A stretch of DNA of 59,910 bases, filler included, from 6 parts of 6 records of this genome joined end to end with filler, not necessarily neighbours in it; one strand, 5' to 3'. Shown: positions 21,720-32,799, counted from the first letter of the whole stretch. Translations and numbers: made by a program. The notes: generated from the sequence alone by a model not told the origin.

Positions 21720-22853
21720 ATATTAATAATGGCGATTGTAATGTCTCGATCCGTACCACTTTACGAACAAGTCGCAGAATCTCTCCGGGATCAAATTCTG
21801 AGCGGCAAACTCGCAATTTATGCACAACTACCTTCACAAAAGATCCTGGCTGAGCAGTACCATGTAAGCCTGATAACAATCAAGCGTGCTATTCTGGAAC
21901 TAGTGAACGAGGGTTTACTTTTTGGGCAACCTGGCAAAGGGGTATTTGTTGGCAGGTCGCGGTTCCATGACATTGAAACCGCAAGTGAGATAAATAGCAT
22001 CGGCGTTATCATATCTAATTTATCCAGCCCGTTTTATTCCACTATCCTGGAATCTATAGAATCCGAGGCCAATCTTAATAACTATCTGGTCATTATTTCA
22101 AAGCCATCTGCTGAAGAAAATGGAGAGGCATTACAGATAGATCGAGTGATAAAAAGTGGCATAAAAGGCTTAATAATAGCTTCAAGAGATTATTCGATTT
22201 CACTGTCGCCTCATTTGGAACGGACATGGAGGCAGGGAGTTCCAATGGTCTTTGTTTCCTATACTGCTGACAACAGGATAAATTATATAGGAAGCGATCA
22301 CAAAAAAGGTGCCTATATGGCAACAAAGCATTTAATTGAATTAGGCTATCAAAATATTGCCTATGTTACTCCGAACCTGGATGATCCTCTATGCGTCTTA
22401 CGATATTATGGATACAGAGACGCCTTATCAGGAAGCACCCTTTATGAGGGTAAAGAAAACATAATTTCCTATTCAAATAACAATTATACAAATCTATACG
22501 AAACAGGCTATGTGTTAGGCCAGCGTATTTCACAAATGGATCCACGCCCGGACGCTATTTTCACCTTCACAGATCTTATTGCTCTTGGTGTAAAAAGAGC
22601 CATGAAAGAAAAAAATCTGAGAATTCCCCAGGATTTAGCAATTGTTGGATTTGATGATATCCCAACCGCCGGCCAAGTACTGGTTCCACTCACAACGGTT
22701 AGACAGCCAATCAAAGATATTGGATGTCTTGCTTTAAATACACTTTTAAAAAAAATTGACGGTGACCACTCAATCACACGGACACTCATTCCTCCAAAAC
22801 TGATTATCCGTGATTCCTGCGGTGCTCCTTACTCAACAAAAACACAACTATGA
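21699..22853 (+). CDS. GntR-family HTH / LacI-type sugar-binding transcriptional regulator (AraR-like); true start probably ATG 21729 or 21741
   Basis: PLYEQVAESLRDQI..LPSQKILAEQYHVSLITIKRA..GKGVFV (GntR wHTH) plus IPQDLAIVGFDD..LTTVRQP (LacI effector domain). Confidence 0.92.
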   Translation: MQPGIPSILIMAIVMSRSVPLYEQVAESLRDQILSGKLAIYAQLPSQKILAEQYHVSLITIKRAILELVNEGLLFGQPGKGVFVGRSRFHDIETASEINSIGVIISNLSSPFYSTILESIESEANLNNYLVIISKPSAEENGEALQIDRVIKSGIKGLIIASRDYSISLSPHLERTWRQGVPMVFVSYTADNRINYIGSDHKKGAYMATKHLIELGYQNIAYVTPNLDDPLCVLRYYGYRDALSGSTLYEGKENIISYSNNNYTNLYETGYVLGQRISQMDPRPDAIFTFTDLIALGVKRAMKEKNLRIPQDLAIVGFDDIPTAGQVLVPLTTVRQPIKDIGCLALNTLLKKIDGDHSITRTLIPPKLIIRDSCGAPYSTKTQL

Positions 22854-22897
22854 AAAGAAATCAATTCAATTCTACTTGTTAGCAGAGATTAAAACGA

Positions 22898-25771
22898 ATG
22901 AGGTATTCTATGATGATGCGAAGGGTAATCAGTATAATTATTCTCTTTTTTTGTACATCAGCCACAATACATGCTGCTGTCACCGGAATTATTACAGGTA
23001 AAGTAACTGATTTGGAAACAGGTGAAGTATTACCAGGTGCGAATATTATATTGGAAGGAACGGGGATAGGTACGGCCTCAAATCTGGATGGAATCTACCG
23101 GATTCCCAAGGTACCAGCCGGAAATTTCAAAATTGTTGTGACCTATATTGGTTACAAAACAAAACGTTTACCTGTTACAGCTGTGCCAGGTAAAACCATC
23201 CGTAAAAATATAAAACTAGAATTTGACATTGTAGAAGGCGAAGAAGTAGTTGTAACGGCACAGCTTGAAGGTCAGTCACGTGCGATTAACCAACAATTAT
23301 CAGCAAATACAATTGTTAATATTGTATCAACAGACAAAATCCAGGAATTGCCGGATCAAAATGCAGCTGAATCCCTTGGTAGATTACCTGGAATCTCTGT
23401 TCAGCGGGATGCTGGTGAAGGTCAAAAAATAATCGTAAGAGGATTAGCACCAAAGTTTAATTCCATAACAGTTAACGGCGAACGGATACCTTCCACAGAT
23501 CCGGAGGATCGATCCGTGGATTTGAGCATGATATCCCCGGATGTACTGGCAGGAATCGAAGTATTCAAATCGTTAACACCGGATAAAGATGCAGATGCCG
23601 TTGGCGGTACTGTGAATTTTGTCGTTCGCAAAGCGCCGGAAGGCTTGTCGAGCAATATTCGCCTTCAGACTGGTTACAATGATCAGGAACAGGAATACGG
23701 CCAATATAAAAATAGTGTAAGCTTGAGTAATCGGTATCTTGACAACAAGCTAGGTGTCCTGGTAACGGGAAGTCTGCAACGCGCCAACCGCAGTTCCGAT
23801 GTTCTGAATGCGAGCTATTTCTTCAAACGAGAACAAAGAGAAGGTGAAGAAAGAGCTCTGGTTGAAGTAAACAATCTCAACCTCGGTGATATCCAGGAAA
23901 TTCGCAAAAGATACGGTGCAAGCCTGACTATGGACTATGATCTGCCAAATGGCGATCTATTACTGAGTTCCTTTTGGGGACGGACGGATCGAGATGAAAC
24001 AAGGCGCCGAAAAAGATACAACATAGAAGCTGCACGAGTAGAATATGATTTAAGAGATCGTCAGATAGAAACCAATTTGTTTACAAATTCTCTTACCGGC
24101 AAGCACACTCTTTGGAATATGGATTTAAACTGGCGTACCTCCTATTCGAGTTCCAGGCAAGAGACACCCTTTTCACATTACGCGCGTTTTTATGAGCTTG
24201 GTGGCTTTAACAATAGCCTGATTGATGATCAGGGACCGGAGCTTATTCCACTGGGCGCAAAAAACAATTTAGACGAAACATTTTTCAAACGCAGTATCAT
24301 TGATGGTGACGACGTTAAAGATCGCGATTACACAGCTCAACTTGATCTTAAAATGCCATTTACTTTCGGTTCATACATTAACGGTTATATTAAATTTGGT
24401 GGCAAGTACCGTGATAAAAAAAGAGATCGTGATAAATCACGTACTCAAACCGATCATTTTGGCATTAATGAACTTGGAGCGGCAGACACACTTGGCTTAT
24501 GGAATTTAACTTCCGGCCAAAAGGTACAAATCAATAATTTTATTGATCCGAATTTTGAAGCAAAAGACTTTTTAAATGGCACATATGATCTTCCCCTGGG
24601 TCTTGACGTGGACAAAGTAAACGATTTTTATGATACCTATAAAAATTTTAGTATGTCTGGCGATCCTGTCCACGATCCATTCTATATCGTTGATCTAACA
24701 GCTGATTTGGAAGATTACTCAGCCGGTGAAGAGATCACCAGTGGATATTTGATGACGGAAATAAATATTGGCAACAAACTGATGCTTCTCCCTGGTTTTC
24801 GTTACGAACAGACCCAAAATGATTACACCAGCATTTTTGGTACGCCGCGGCAAGTCAGTGAGGGACAATTTGGGCTGGCAGGCGTTACAGATACAACCGG
24901 ATATAGAAAATATGACGATTTATTGCCTATGATACATATGCGTTATAAAGCAACCTCCTGGGCGGATCTGCGTTTAGCAATCACGAAAACATTATCCAGA
25001 CCAGATTATTTTAACCTTGTTCCCTGGCAGCGCATAGCACATCTGGATCAACTTATTGAACGCGGTGATCCAAATTTGAAACATACAACTGTTCGAAATT
25101 ACGATGCCTACTTGTCCTTTTATAACCGTCTTGGACTACTTACTTTTGGTGCATTTTATAAAGAATTAGATAATGTTGACTATATCCGAACAAGCCGTAT
25201 TGTTGGAGGAACTTATAACGGTTATACACTTGTAGAACCTGAAAACGCAATGGACGAATCCACTGTAAAAGGTTATGAAATTGAACTACAAACAAACCTC
25301 AGACTATTGCCAAGTCCATTTGATGGCATCGTTATTTATGCAAATTATTCCCATATATCGTCTGAGACGTATTATCCTTTTCTAAAAGTAGAGCAAGGTG
25401 AAGCACCATTTTTCATACCAACTTTTACAGATACAGCCAGAGTAGGGCAACTTCCGGGTCAGGCGGATGATATCGCAAATCTATCCCTGGGATATGAAAA
25501 AGGTGGTTTTTCAGGACGGATATCCATGGTATATCAGGGTAAAAGTTTGAGGACGATTGGCACCAGAGTTGAACTGGACGGATATTCAGACGATTTTGTG
25601 CGTTGGGATCTGGCTATGCAACAAAAACTAGGTGGAGGTATCAGTCTGTATCTCAATGTAAACAATATTTCAAATCGATCTGAAGGTGCGTTTTTAGGTA
25701 TAGAATCTTATCCTACTACGGAAGAATATTTTGGCTGGACAGGTGATTTTGGTATACGATACCAATTCTGA
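22898..25771 (+). CDS. TonB-dependent receptor with N-terminal carboxypeptidase-regulatory-like domain, paralogue of 17706-20615
   Basis: ELPDQNAAESLGRLPGISV plug, shared motifs such as DRSVDLSMISP and QADDIANLSLGYEKG, terminal F. Confidence 0.92.
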   Translation: MRYSMMMRRVISIIILFFCTSATIHAAVTGIITGKVTDLETGEVLPGANIILEGTGIGTASNLDGIYRIPKVPAGNFKIVVTYIGYKTKRLPVTAVPGKTIRKNIKLEFDIVEGEEVVVTAQLEGQSRAINQQLSANTIVNIVSTDKIQELPDQNAAESLGRLPGISVQRDAGEGQKIIVRGLAPKFNSITVNGERIPSTDPEDRSVDLSMISPDVLAGIEVFKSLTPDKDADAVGGTVNFVVRKAPEGLSSNIRLQTGYNDQEQEYGQYKNSVSLSNRYLDNKLGVLVTGSLQRANRSSDVLNASYFFKREQREGEERALVEVNNLNLGDIQEIRKRYGASLTMDYDLPNGDLLLSSFWGRTDRDETRRRKRYNIEAARVEYDLRDRQIETNLFTNSLTGKHTLWNMDLNWRTSYSSSRQETPFSHYARFYELGGFNNSLIDDQGPELIPLGAKNNLDETFFKRSIIDGDDVKDRDYTAQLDLKMPFTFGSYINGYIKFGGKYRDKKRDRDKSRTQTDHFGINELGAADTLGLWNLTSGQKVQINNFIDPNFEAKDFLNGTYDLPLGLDVDKVNDFYDTYKNFSMSGDPVHDPFYIVDLTADLEDYSAGEEITSGYLMTEINIGNKLMLLPGFRYEQTQNDYTSIFGTPRQVSEGQFGLAGVTDTTGYRKYDDLLPMIHMRYKATSWADLRLAITKTLSRPDYFNLVPWQRIAHLDQLIERGDPNLKHTTVRNYDAYLSFYNRLGLLTFGAFYKELDNVDYIRTSRIVGGTYNGYTLVEPENAMDESTVKGYEIELQTNLRLLPSPFDGIVIYANYSHISSETYYPFLKVEQGEAPFFIPTFTDTARVGQLPGQADDIANLSLGYEKGGFSGRISMVYQGKSLRTIGTRVELDGYSDDFVRWDLAMQQKLGGGISLYLNVNNISNRSEGAFLGIESYPTTEEYFGWTGDFGIRYQF

Positions 25772-25917
25772 TTTTTCATTAAAGAGAAAATACAGGTAAA
25801 ATCTGTAATTAGATATTATCTTTCATTGAAAATATTTACAAATTTTTCTCTCATAAAATGTAAAGCAGGCAACCATGACCAATATGGTTTTTAGATTAAA
25901 ATACCATAATCATTCAA

Positions 25918-25927
25918 GAAAGGAGGC
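25918..25927 (+). promoter_or_regulatory. Orphan Shine-Dalgarno-like motif GAAAGGAGGC in the receptor-partner intergenic region
   Basis: Identical to 17613-17622, about 70 nt upstream of the partner start, which has its own GAAGGA RBS. Confidence 0.4.
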
Positions 25928-25996
25928 TTTAACAGTAATCTGGCAAGTCAATCTAATAAACAATTGCTACAATAATCAAACAAGAAGGATTCTATC

Positions 25997-27595
25997 ATGT
26001 CTCGTTACAGCAGTATTTCGACCTTTTCATTGTTTTGCACTCTATTATTATGGGCATTATTAGGGACAACCAATGCGCAGGAACCAAGGATAGTAAATGT
26101 TGCACCAACAGAATTCGGCATACTTAATAAAACCATAGACGGAGATACGACAGCAACAGGTGAACGTGTTGATATGAATACAGTATACGTATTGGAGCGA
26201 GGAGAAGCAGCTTTTTACTTGCTGGATGGATCGATTGAAAATCGTTTTCCTCTGACCATCGTTGCAGAAGACGGACCCGGTGAAAAGCCAAAACTCGTAC
26301 CCGGTGTGGTTAGTGGTGGTGAATCCGCGCGCGCATTTGTGCCCAGAGCCGATCTTACACTAAAGGGTATTTATGTAAGCGGTGTTGATAATGCAGGTGG
26401 CTTGAAAAAAAACATGCTTAGAGTCAAAGCGGATGATGCCAGAATCGTTCTCGAAGACTGCCATTTGGATTATGACAGCCAATCCATCTTTAGATTGGAC
26501 AATCCAGGCATCAGTATTTTTATGAAAAACTCCATATTGAGTAACGTTGGACAGACAGTTAATCCTGATAACGGCCGGGGTATCGACGATCGCGGCAACA
26601 ATGTTGACTCACTTGTTGTAGAAAACTGTACCTTTTACAACATTACCAGCCGCATTTTGCGCGATGGTGGTGGTTATATAAATTATCTCAAATTTAATCA
26701 CAATACCATGGTAAATATTGGTCAACATATTCTGACTCCGGGTGAAGTCGTTGAATTTGAATTCACCAATAATATTGTTGTAAACGGAGACTTTTTAGGC
26801 AATTCAGTGAACGCAGAAGAAACAGGCTATGCTATTGCGACAGCTCCATTAACGAATGATGACGTAGTTGGTTTAACCCAAACAATGAATATTAGAAACA
26901 ATAACATCTACCTGGACCAGGCTATTATCGATGCTTATCCTGATTCAGTTATTGTCGCCGATACTTTTGATTCTCTGGCGCAATCTTTTATTGATGCCGC
27001 AGGCACAGGCGAAACGATCATAAGTGAAGTACTTTCATTTACAAATGGTCCAGCCACACCGGCTGATGTCATGCTTGGTATCTATGTCGATAATCAGGCT
27101 ACAGGTGATCCCTCTGCTCCTCCTTTTGACACTGGCAATGTACCTGATTTCGGACAACCCGGATATGGAGTTATGCCCTTTGATTTATCTTATCCTGAAA
27201 CAGCCGTCTCTTACGTTTCTTCAATAGCGGGTCAGCCCCTTGGAGATTTAACCTGGTTTGGACTGGATATTGTAACAGGCGTCAAGTTTAATTCTGATAA
27301 ATTAGCAAGTGCACCAAATTCGTTTAAATTATTAGGAAATTATCCAAATCCATTCAATCCAACAACACAAATTGCTTATGATTTAGCGAAACAAAGTCAT
27401 GTTACTTTATCTATTTATAACACAATAGGCCAGAAGATAGCCACTCTTTTCGACAATGTACAACAGGCAGGAAGTCATAACATCACATGGAACGGTCGCT
27501 CTGACGCAGGTTTACAGATGCCTAGTGGTGTCTATATGTATCGTTTGGATGCTGAAGGGGCAACTCAGACAATGAAAATGATCTTGATGAAATAA
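25997..27595 (+). CDS. Secreted beta-helix-like protein with C-terminal T9SS/FlgD-Ig-like sorting domain
   Basis: Signal peptide, Asn-rich beta-helix-like repeats (VENCTFYN, FNHNTMVN, FTNNIVVN), C-terminal NYPNPFNPTT..WNGR..SGVYMYRL..KMILMK. Confidence 0.8.
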   Translation: MSRYSSISTFSLFCTLLLWALLGTTNAQEPRIVNVAPTEFGILNKTIDGDTTATGERVDMNTVYVLERGEAAFYLLDGSIENRFPLTIVAEDGPGEKPKLVPGVVSGGESARAFVPRADLTLKGIYVSGVDNAGGLKKNMLRVKADDARIVLEDCHLDYDSQSIFRLDNPGISIFMKNSILSNVGQTVNPDNGRGIDDRGNNVDSLVVENCTFYNITSRILRDGGGYINYLKFNHNTMVNIGQHILTPGEVVEFEFTNNIVVNGDFLGNSVNAEETGYAIATAPLTNDDVVGLTQTMNIRNNNIYLDQAIIDAYPDSVIVADTFDSLAQSFIDAAGTGETIISEVLSFTNGPATPADVMLGIYVDNQATGDPSAPPFDTGNVPDFGQPGYGVMPFDLSYPETAVSYVSSIAGQPLGDLTWFGLDIVTGVKFNSDKLASAPNSFKLLGNYPNPFNPTTQIAYDLAKQSHVTLSIYNTIGQKIATLFDNVQQAGSHNITWNGRSDAGLQMPSGVYMYRLDAEGATQTMKMILMK

Positions 27596-27619
27596 GGATA
27601 GTTGTAAATATTTCTTTAA

Positions 27620-27654
27620 CATGCCAGGTGTAGGTTTTCACATGGCATGCTTTT
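27620..27654 (+). terminator. Probable intrinsic terminator
   Basis: Stem CATGCCA..GTG / CAC..TGGCATG followed by a T run, just after the stop. Confidence 0.55.
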
Positions 27655-27985
27655 AATCCTTGAAGCCATATCCATTCAATTCCAAAATTTGTAATCTTTG
27701 TTATTCTGCAAATAAAAACAGAAAATCATTAAACTCCTGGCTTGTAAAATCACTTTCTCGCTCACATCCCTGAAAATTGGAGCCGCCAGGTACTCTCTAT
27801 AATTCTAATGGCTTCTATCCAATAAAAAAATGAGCAGGTGATGGGCGCTAAACAAATTCAATAATTGTTCATTATTCGTAAATCGATCCGGTATTGATGA
27901 TCCAACTTGAACATCACATATTTCAGAAACATCATTATGTTTGACTTAAATATTAGCAATCATTCATCTGTAAAAAGGGCTGAAT

Positions 27986-28891
27986 ATGTTTAATCCATCC
28001 ATCACCTGTTGTTATTTGTATATCATATCCAAATACGGTTATCCCCCTCCAGCTACCCAGGTTGGAAAACATCTGGAAGAATTTAAAAAGCTGGGTTTTA
28101 AAAGCATAGAACTGGAAGGGATCCGTAAAGAACATTTAATAGATATGTACAAGCAGCGATTTTCAATACAGAAAAAAGTTAAAGAGCTGGATCTCTCCGT
28201 ACCCTACTTTTGCATTGTATTACCCGGTCTGGCTTCAGCAGATAAGAACGAGCGTGAAGAAAACCTGGCCCTTTTTGAGAAAGGCTGTGAAATAGCGCAA
28301 TTACTGGGCGCAAAAGGTGTTCTAGATAATGCTCCCCTCCCACCTTATCAATTCCCGGACAATATACCGGTCGTGCGTCATTATGATGAAGAGATACTTT
28401 TGGCAGCACGTTTTCCTAATAATTTGAATTGGACAACATATTGGCAGGATATGGTCGGTACATACCGAAAAGCCTGTGATATAGCAAAGGCCAAAGGATT
28501 AACCTATCAAATGCATCCCTGTCTGGGCGTTTTGTCAGCCACGACAGACGCTTTTCTCTATTTTCACGATGCTGTGGCCCGGGATAACCTTCGCTTTAAT
28601 CTGGACACAGCCAACCAGTTTGTCATGAAAGATAATTTATCTTTATCATTGCACCGTCTGGCTGATTTTATAGACTATATACACATTTCCGATAACAGGG
28701 GGCAAAGAGTGGAACATCTTCCTCCGGGCGACGGCAACATTCATTGGGAGACATTTTTCGAAACACTTGATGTTATCAACTTTAAAGGACATTTGGGATT
28801 GGACATTGGGGGCGATGAATCAAATGTTAAAAACCTGGAACAAGCATATAAAAATGCAGCTCAATGGTTGGAAGAAAAATGGATAAAATGA
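27986..28891 (+). CDS. Sugar phosphate isomerase/epimerase (xylose isomerase-like TIM barrel)
   Basis: GFKSIELEG, NLDTAN, YIHISDNRG..HLPPGDGNIHW. Confidence 0.8.
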   Translation: MFNPSITCCYLYIISKYGYPPPATQVGKHLEEFKKLGFKSIELEGIRKEHLIDMYKQRFSIQKKVKELDLSVPYFCIVLPGLASADKNEREENLALFEKGCEIAQLLGAKGVLDNAPLPPYQFPDNIPVVRHYDEEILLAARFPNNLNWTTYWQDMVGTYRKACDIAKAKGLTYQMHPCLGVLSATTDAFLYFHDAVARDNLRFNLDTANQFVMKDNLSLSLHRLADFIDYIHISDNRGQRVEHLPPGDGNIHWETFFETLDVINFKGHLGLDIGGDESNVKNLEQAYKNAAQWLEEKWIK

Positions 28892-28935
28892 GTGCCTTTT
28901 AGACCTGTATCTGGAGTAGAACGTTTGCAAACAAA

Positions 28936-31515
28936 TTGGGAGAAATTCTGATGTCGCTAAAAAAATGTGTCCTTGTCCTTCTACTTGCATTTTGTTTTCC
29001 GAATGTGTTGTTAAGCAAATCAACGACCATCCCTGTCCTGCCTCTTCCCAAAACAGTGGAAAAACAAAGCGGTTATTTTTCATTGAATATAGCACCTGTA
29101 ACGATTAATAGTGCTTTATTGGATACAAGTCAAATAACGACCGGACTGAGTCAGTTAAGATCCGAATTATATAACATTACCGAACAGAACATCCAGTCCA
29201 GCCCGTTGGAAAAGGCTGGCATCATTTTAGGTATTCCGAAAGAAAATAAAAACTATGAAAAACTTTGTCGGAAAAACAAAATATGGCCGAACGAACAGAT
29301 CGGTACAGAAGGATACACGCTTTTAATCAAAAATAAAATTCTCCTGGCTGCAAACACGGCCAACGGTTTATTTTATGGCATACAAACACTTAACCAACTG
29401 ATTCGGGGCAACACGAAATTAGAGTGTATGCAAATAACGGATTGGCCGGACTTTAATTTCCGCTGTGTAGAAGACGATATCAGTCGTGGACCTGTGCCTA
29501 CTCTGGAATATATGAAAACACAAATTCGCCGTTGCGCGGAACTGAAATACAACATGGTCTCTTATTATACAGAGCATGTGGTAGAAACAGAGAAACACAA
29601 AGACTTTGCGCCCACAGGTGGTTCCATTTCAATAAATGACTGGAAAGAATTGGTTGAATATGGAGCTCAATATCATGTCCAACTGGTTGGAAATTTCCAA
29701 TCCTTTGGTCACTTTGAAAAGATCCTGGCCTATCCCCAATATGACCATCTGGGTGAAGCAGGACGAATGCTGACTCCAACCAAAGAAGAAAGTTATGAGT
29801 TATTAAGTGACATTTATTCTGAGATGGTACCAGTCTTTCCGGCACCGTTTTTTCATGTAAACAGTGATGAAACCTGGGACCTTGGCCGCGGTGCGTCGAA
29901 AAACCTGGTGGACAGCCTGGGTATAGCCAACGTTTATAGCCAACATTTAAATCGAATTAGTCAGGAAATAACAAAATATGGCAAACGGATGATGATGTGG
30001 GCGGATATTGCCTTGGCGCATCCTGAAATCCTGCAAGACCTTCCCAAAGAGACGGTTATGGCCACCTGGGAATATAGTGATTTTGATTCCTTTGATTATA
30101 TGATTCAGCCGCTACAAAAGGCCGGGTTTGATGTGATGATCTGCCCTGGTATCGTGAATTCCCGTCGCATTATGCCTGATTTTAAAGTAGCGCGAAAAAA
30201 CATACGCAATTTCCTTGCTGATGGCCACAAAAATAACGTTTTGGGTGTTCTGTTAACTGTGTGGGATGATGCCGGAACAGCTCTTTTCTCACGAGACTGG
30301 TACGGCGTTGCTTACGCTGCAGAACAGAGCTGGCATGTTGGCGAAACAAGTGATACTTCCTTTGACGACCGTTTTGATCGTTCCATTTATGGTGATGAGA
30401 ACAAAAGTATGGCTCAGACCATAAATATCATTAAGGAAATAACACATCTGGCTGCAACGCAGGAGATGAATGAGAAAATATTCTGGAGCTCCCTCTTTCC
30501 AAATCGTGGTTCCAAAATAACCGTCAATTTATCTGATTGGGAACAGGTCCTGGAGATATGTGAAAAAGCAGATAGTATCCTTTACAAAGCCAATCCGGTT
30601 CTTCATTCCCGGGATATGGACTATATAAAATTTAGTGTTGATCAATACTTTTTTATGGCGAAAAGCCGTTTTGATATTCTGGAAGCTGCGCAATTATATC
30701 GCAAATCGTGTCTGAATCAGGAAAAAAATCGAGCCCAGGTCCGTCATTGGCTGACCTCATCATTTGAAAGACTTTTGGCCGTCAAAAGATCATTTTTCAA
30801 CCTAAAGATAGATTACCAAAAGCTCTGGTATCTTGAAAACCGGTCCTACTGGCTGGATCATATTATGGAAAAATATGATAACCGTATAAGAGACATAGAT
30901 AATGTGATCACGCTTTTAAGGGACGCCATCCGGGATTTTGATAACGGGCATTATTTACCGCCACCCAATGAAGTGCGACTGGATGTTCAGGAGGCAAATA
31001 AAGGTTATTTTCAGAGCTGGCTACTATGCGGTCCTTTTCCAAATCCACAATACACAGGTAAGGATATTGATTATCTTGCCAGCATGGGTGGTGAGGCCAA
31101 CACACATCCCACAGTCTGGTCTGAGACAGAATGGCCTAAAGGTACAAAGGTGCGTTGGCGGAAATTCACTTCTCCTTTAAATGCAAAAGTAAATCTCGGT
31201 GAATACTATAAAAAAAATGACCGTGTTTTGGCTTATGCCTATTGCCGTATAGCCAGTGATCAGGCACGAACAGTAAAAGCCACTTTTGGCAGTAATGACG
31301 GGATTGTCATCTATTGCAATGGGGAAAAGGTCTTTGAACATCATGTCAAACGTAACCTGATTCCCGATGAAGAAGAAGTGATGCTTCGTTTGAATAAAGG
31401 CACCAATTACATCATGCTAAAAATCGATCAGGGAAAAGGTAACTGGGGTTTTTCTTTTCGTTTACCTGATGTGATGACACGAAATCATGATTACAAATAC
31501 CGTATTATTGATTAG
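28936..31515 (+). CDS. GH20 beta-N-acetylhexosaminidase-family protein with C-terminal accessory domain (start possibly ATG 28951)
   Basis: EGYTLLI..GLFYGIQTL, DWPDFNFR..DISRG, catalytic HVNSDE, MMWAD; C-terminal WLLCGPF...GSNDG...NG domain. Confidence 0.85.
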   Translation: MGEILMSLKKCVLVLLLAFCFPNVLLSKSTTIPVLPLPKTVEKQSGYFSLNIAPVTINSALLDTSQITTGLSQLRSELYNITEQNIQSSPLEKAGIILGIPKENKNYEKLCRKNKIWPNEQIGTEGYTLLIKNKILLAANTANGLFYGIQTLNQLIRGNTKLECMQITDWPDFNFRCVEDDISRGPVPTLEYMKTQIRRCAELKYNMVSYYTEHVVETEKHKDFAPTGGSISINDWKELVEYGAQYHVQLVGNFQSFGHFEKILAYPQYDHLGEAGRMLTPTKEESYELLSDIYSEMVPVFPAPFFHVNSDETWDLGRGASKNLVDSLGIANVYSQHLNRISQEITKYGKRMMMWADIALAHPEILQDLPKETVMATWEYSDFDSFDYMIQPLQKAGFDVMICPGIVNSRRIMPDFKVARKNIRNFLADGHKNNVLGVLLTVWDDAGTALFSRDWYGVAYAAEQSWHVGETSDTSFDDRFDRSIYGDENKSMAQTINIIKEITHLAATQEMNEKIFWSSLFPNRGSKITVNLSDWEQVLEICEKADSILYKANPVLHSRDMDYIKFSVDQYFFMAKSRFDILEAAQLYRKSCLNQEKNRAQVRHWLTSSFERLLAVKRSFFNLKIDYQKLWYLENRSYWLDHIMEKYDNRIRDIDNVITLLRDAIRDFDNGHYLPPPNEVRLDVQEANKGYFQSWLLCGPFPNPQYTGKDIDYLASMGGEANTHPTVWSETEWPKGTKVRWRKFTSPLNAKVNLGEYYKKNDRVLAYAYCRIASDQARTVKATFGSNDGIVIYCNGEKVFEHHVKRNLIPDEEEVMLRLNKGTNYIMLKIDQGKGNWGFSFRLPDVMTRNHDYKYRIID

Positions 31516-31517
31516 GT

Positions 31518-32797
31518 TTGATGAAATATCAACAGGAGGTTTCATTGAAAAATTATAGATTAACCTGGTCCCTTATTCTTTCAATATATCTCTTTACAAC
31601 AGGATTTACATCATGCGGGGAAAAAGCACAAATTGAGGAAAAGGATATTGTTCAGGCCATAAATGATGGTGCTACTTATGCGGCTGATGTGCTGCTGGAC
31701 AAAAATGGCAAATCCCGTTGTGACTATCATATGATACAGGGGAAATGGTATGATTACGAACCACCCTGGCATACGGGACAGATCATTTATGGGCTGGTGG
31801 AAGCGTATCAAATCACAAAAAATAAAAAGTATCTCAAAGCAGCACAAAAAGCCGGTAAATGGTGGACTTCTCTGGAAATTAAAGATCATCCTATCCTTAA
31901 GGGGATGCTAAATGCCACTCATGGAGATGAAATACCATACATCATCTTTGCAACGGTGAGTGATGGCTCAGCTGGTCTGTTTCGTTTGTCTGACCTGACT
32001 CATAACAAACTTTACGCAGATGTCGCGACAAGTGCGGGTGACTGGATGTTGCGACACATGTGGGATCCTGAAAACCGCGTTTTTTACGATTGTGTGGATC
32101 CGAAAACCGGAGCAGTGCTTAAAGAAAAGAGTCCATTCTGGCCGGATAAGAAAAACCAGGATATATTTGATGTGGCCAGACCAAACAACGAAGGTTCTAT
32201 TTTTAAGGATATGTATATTCACACCAAAGAAGAAAAATACAAAAATATTTTCATACAATTATGTGAAAGCCTCCTTGACTATCAGGACGAATATGGCTTG
32301 TGGATGGATTTTATGCCAAATGACAAAGAAAGTGGTTATTTTCATCCACGTTTCAATCTCTGGTATGCGGAATCCCTGTTGGAAGGATATGAATTGACAG
32401 GTGACAAACGTTACCTCAAAGCAGCTAAAAAAACGGCTCAATTCTACACAAAATTCCAACAAAACGACGGTACCTTTTACTACAAAAACTATGTTAGCGG
32501 TAAAATTAATAAAAAATCCATTTGTGGTTCGACTGTCTCCTTTGCGGGCATTGTATGGTTAAGATTGATCAAATATGGAGTCGGTGAGGAGTTTAAAGAC
32601 AATGTTGAAAAATCACTCAAATGGATCTTAACAAACCGATATCCAACTGATCATTCAGATAAAAATCTGGCAGGTGGATTCTTTGAATCAGAATACGATT
32701 CATTCATGATCAAGTGTGGATGGTGAACAGAGACATAGCAACCTCCTTTGGCCTGAGATTTCTGGCTGATTATTACCATTATACAAAAGGAAAATAA
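31518..32797 (+). CDS. (alpha/alpha)6-barrel lipoprotein (AGE / GH76 / GH88-like), apparent 1-nt frameshift near 32685
   Basis: Lipobox FTSC and repeated helical motifs (AYQITKNKKYLKAA, GYELTGDKRYLKAA). Adding one base gives FFEIRIRF..NRDIATSFGLRFLADYY ending TAA 32797, directly before the GH28 ATG. Confidence 0.65.
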
Positions 32798-32799
32798 AT

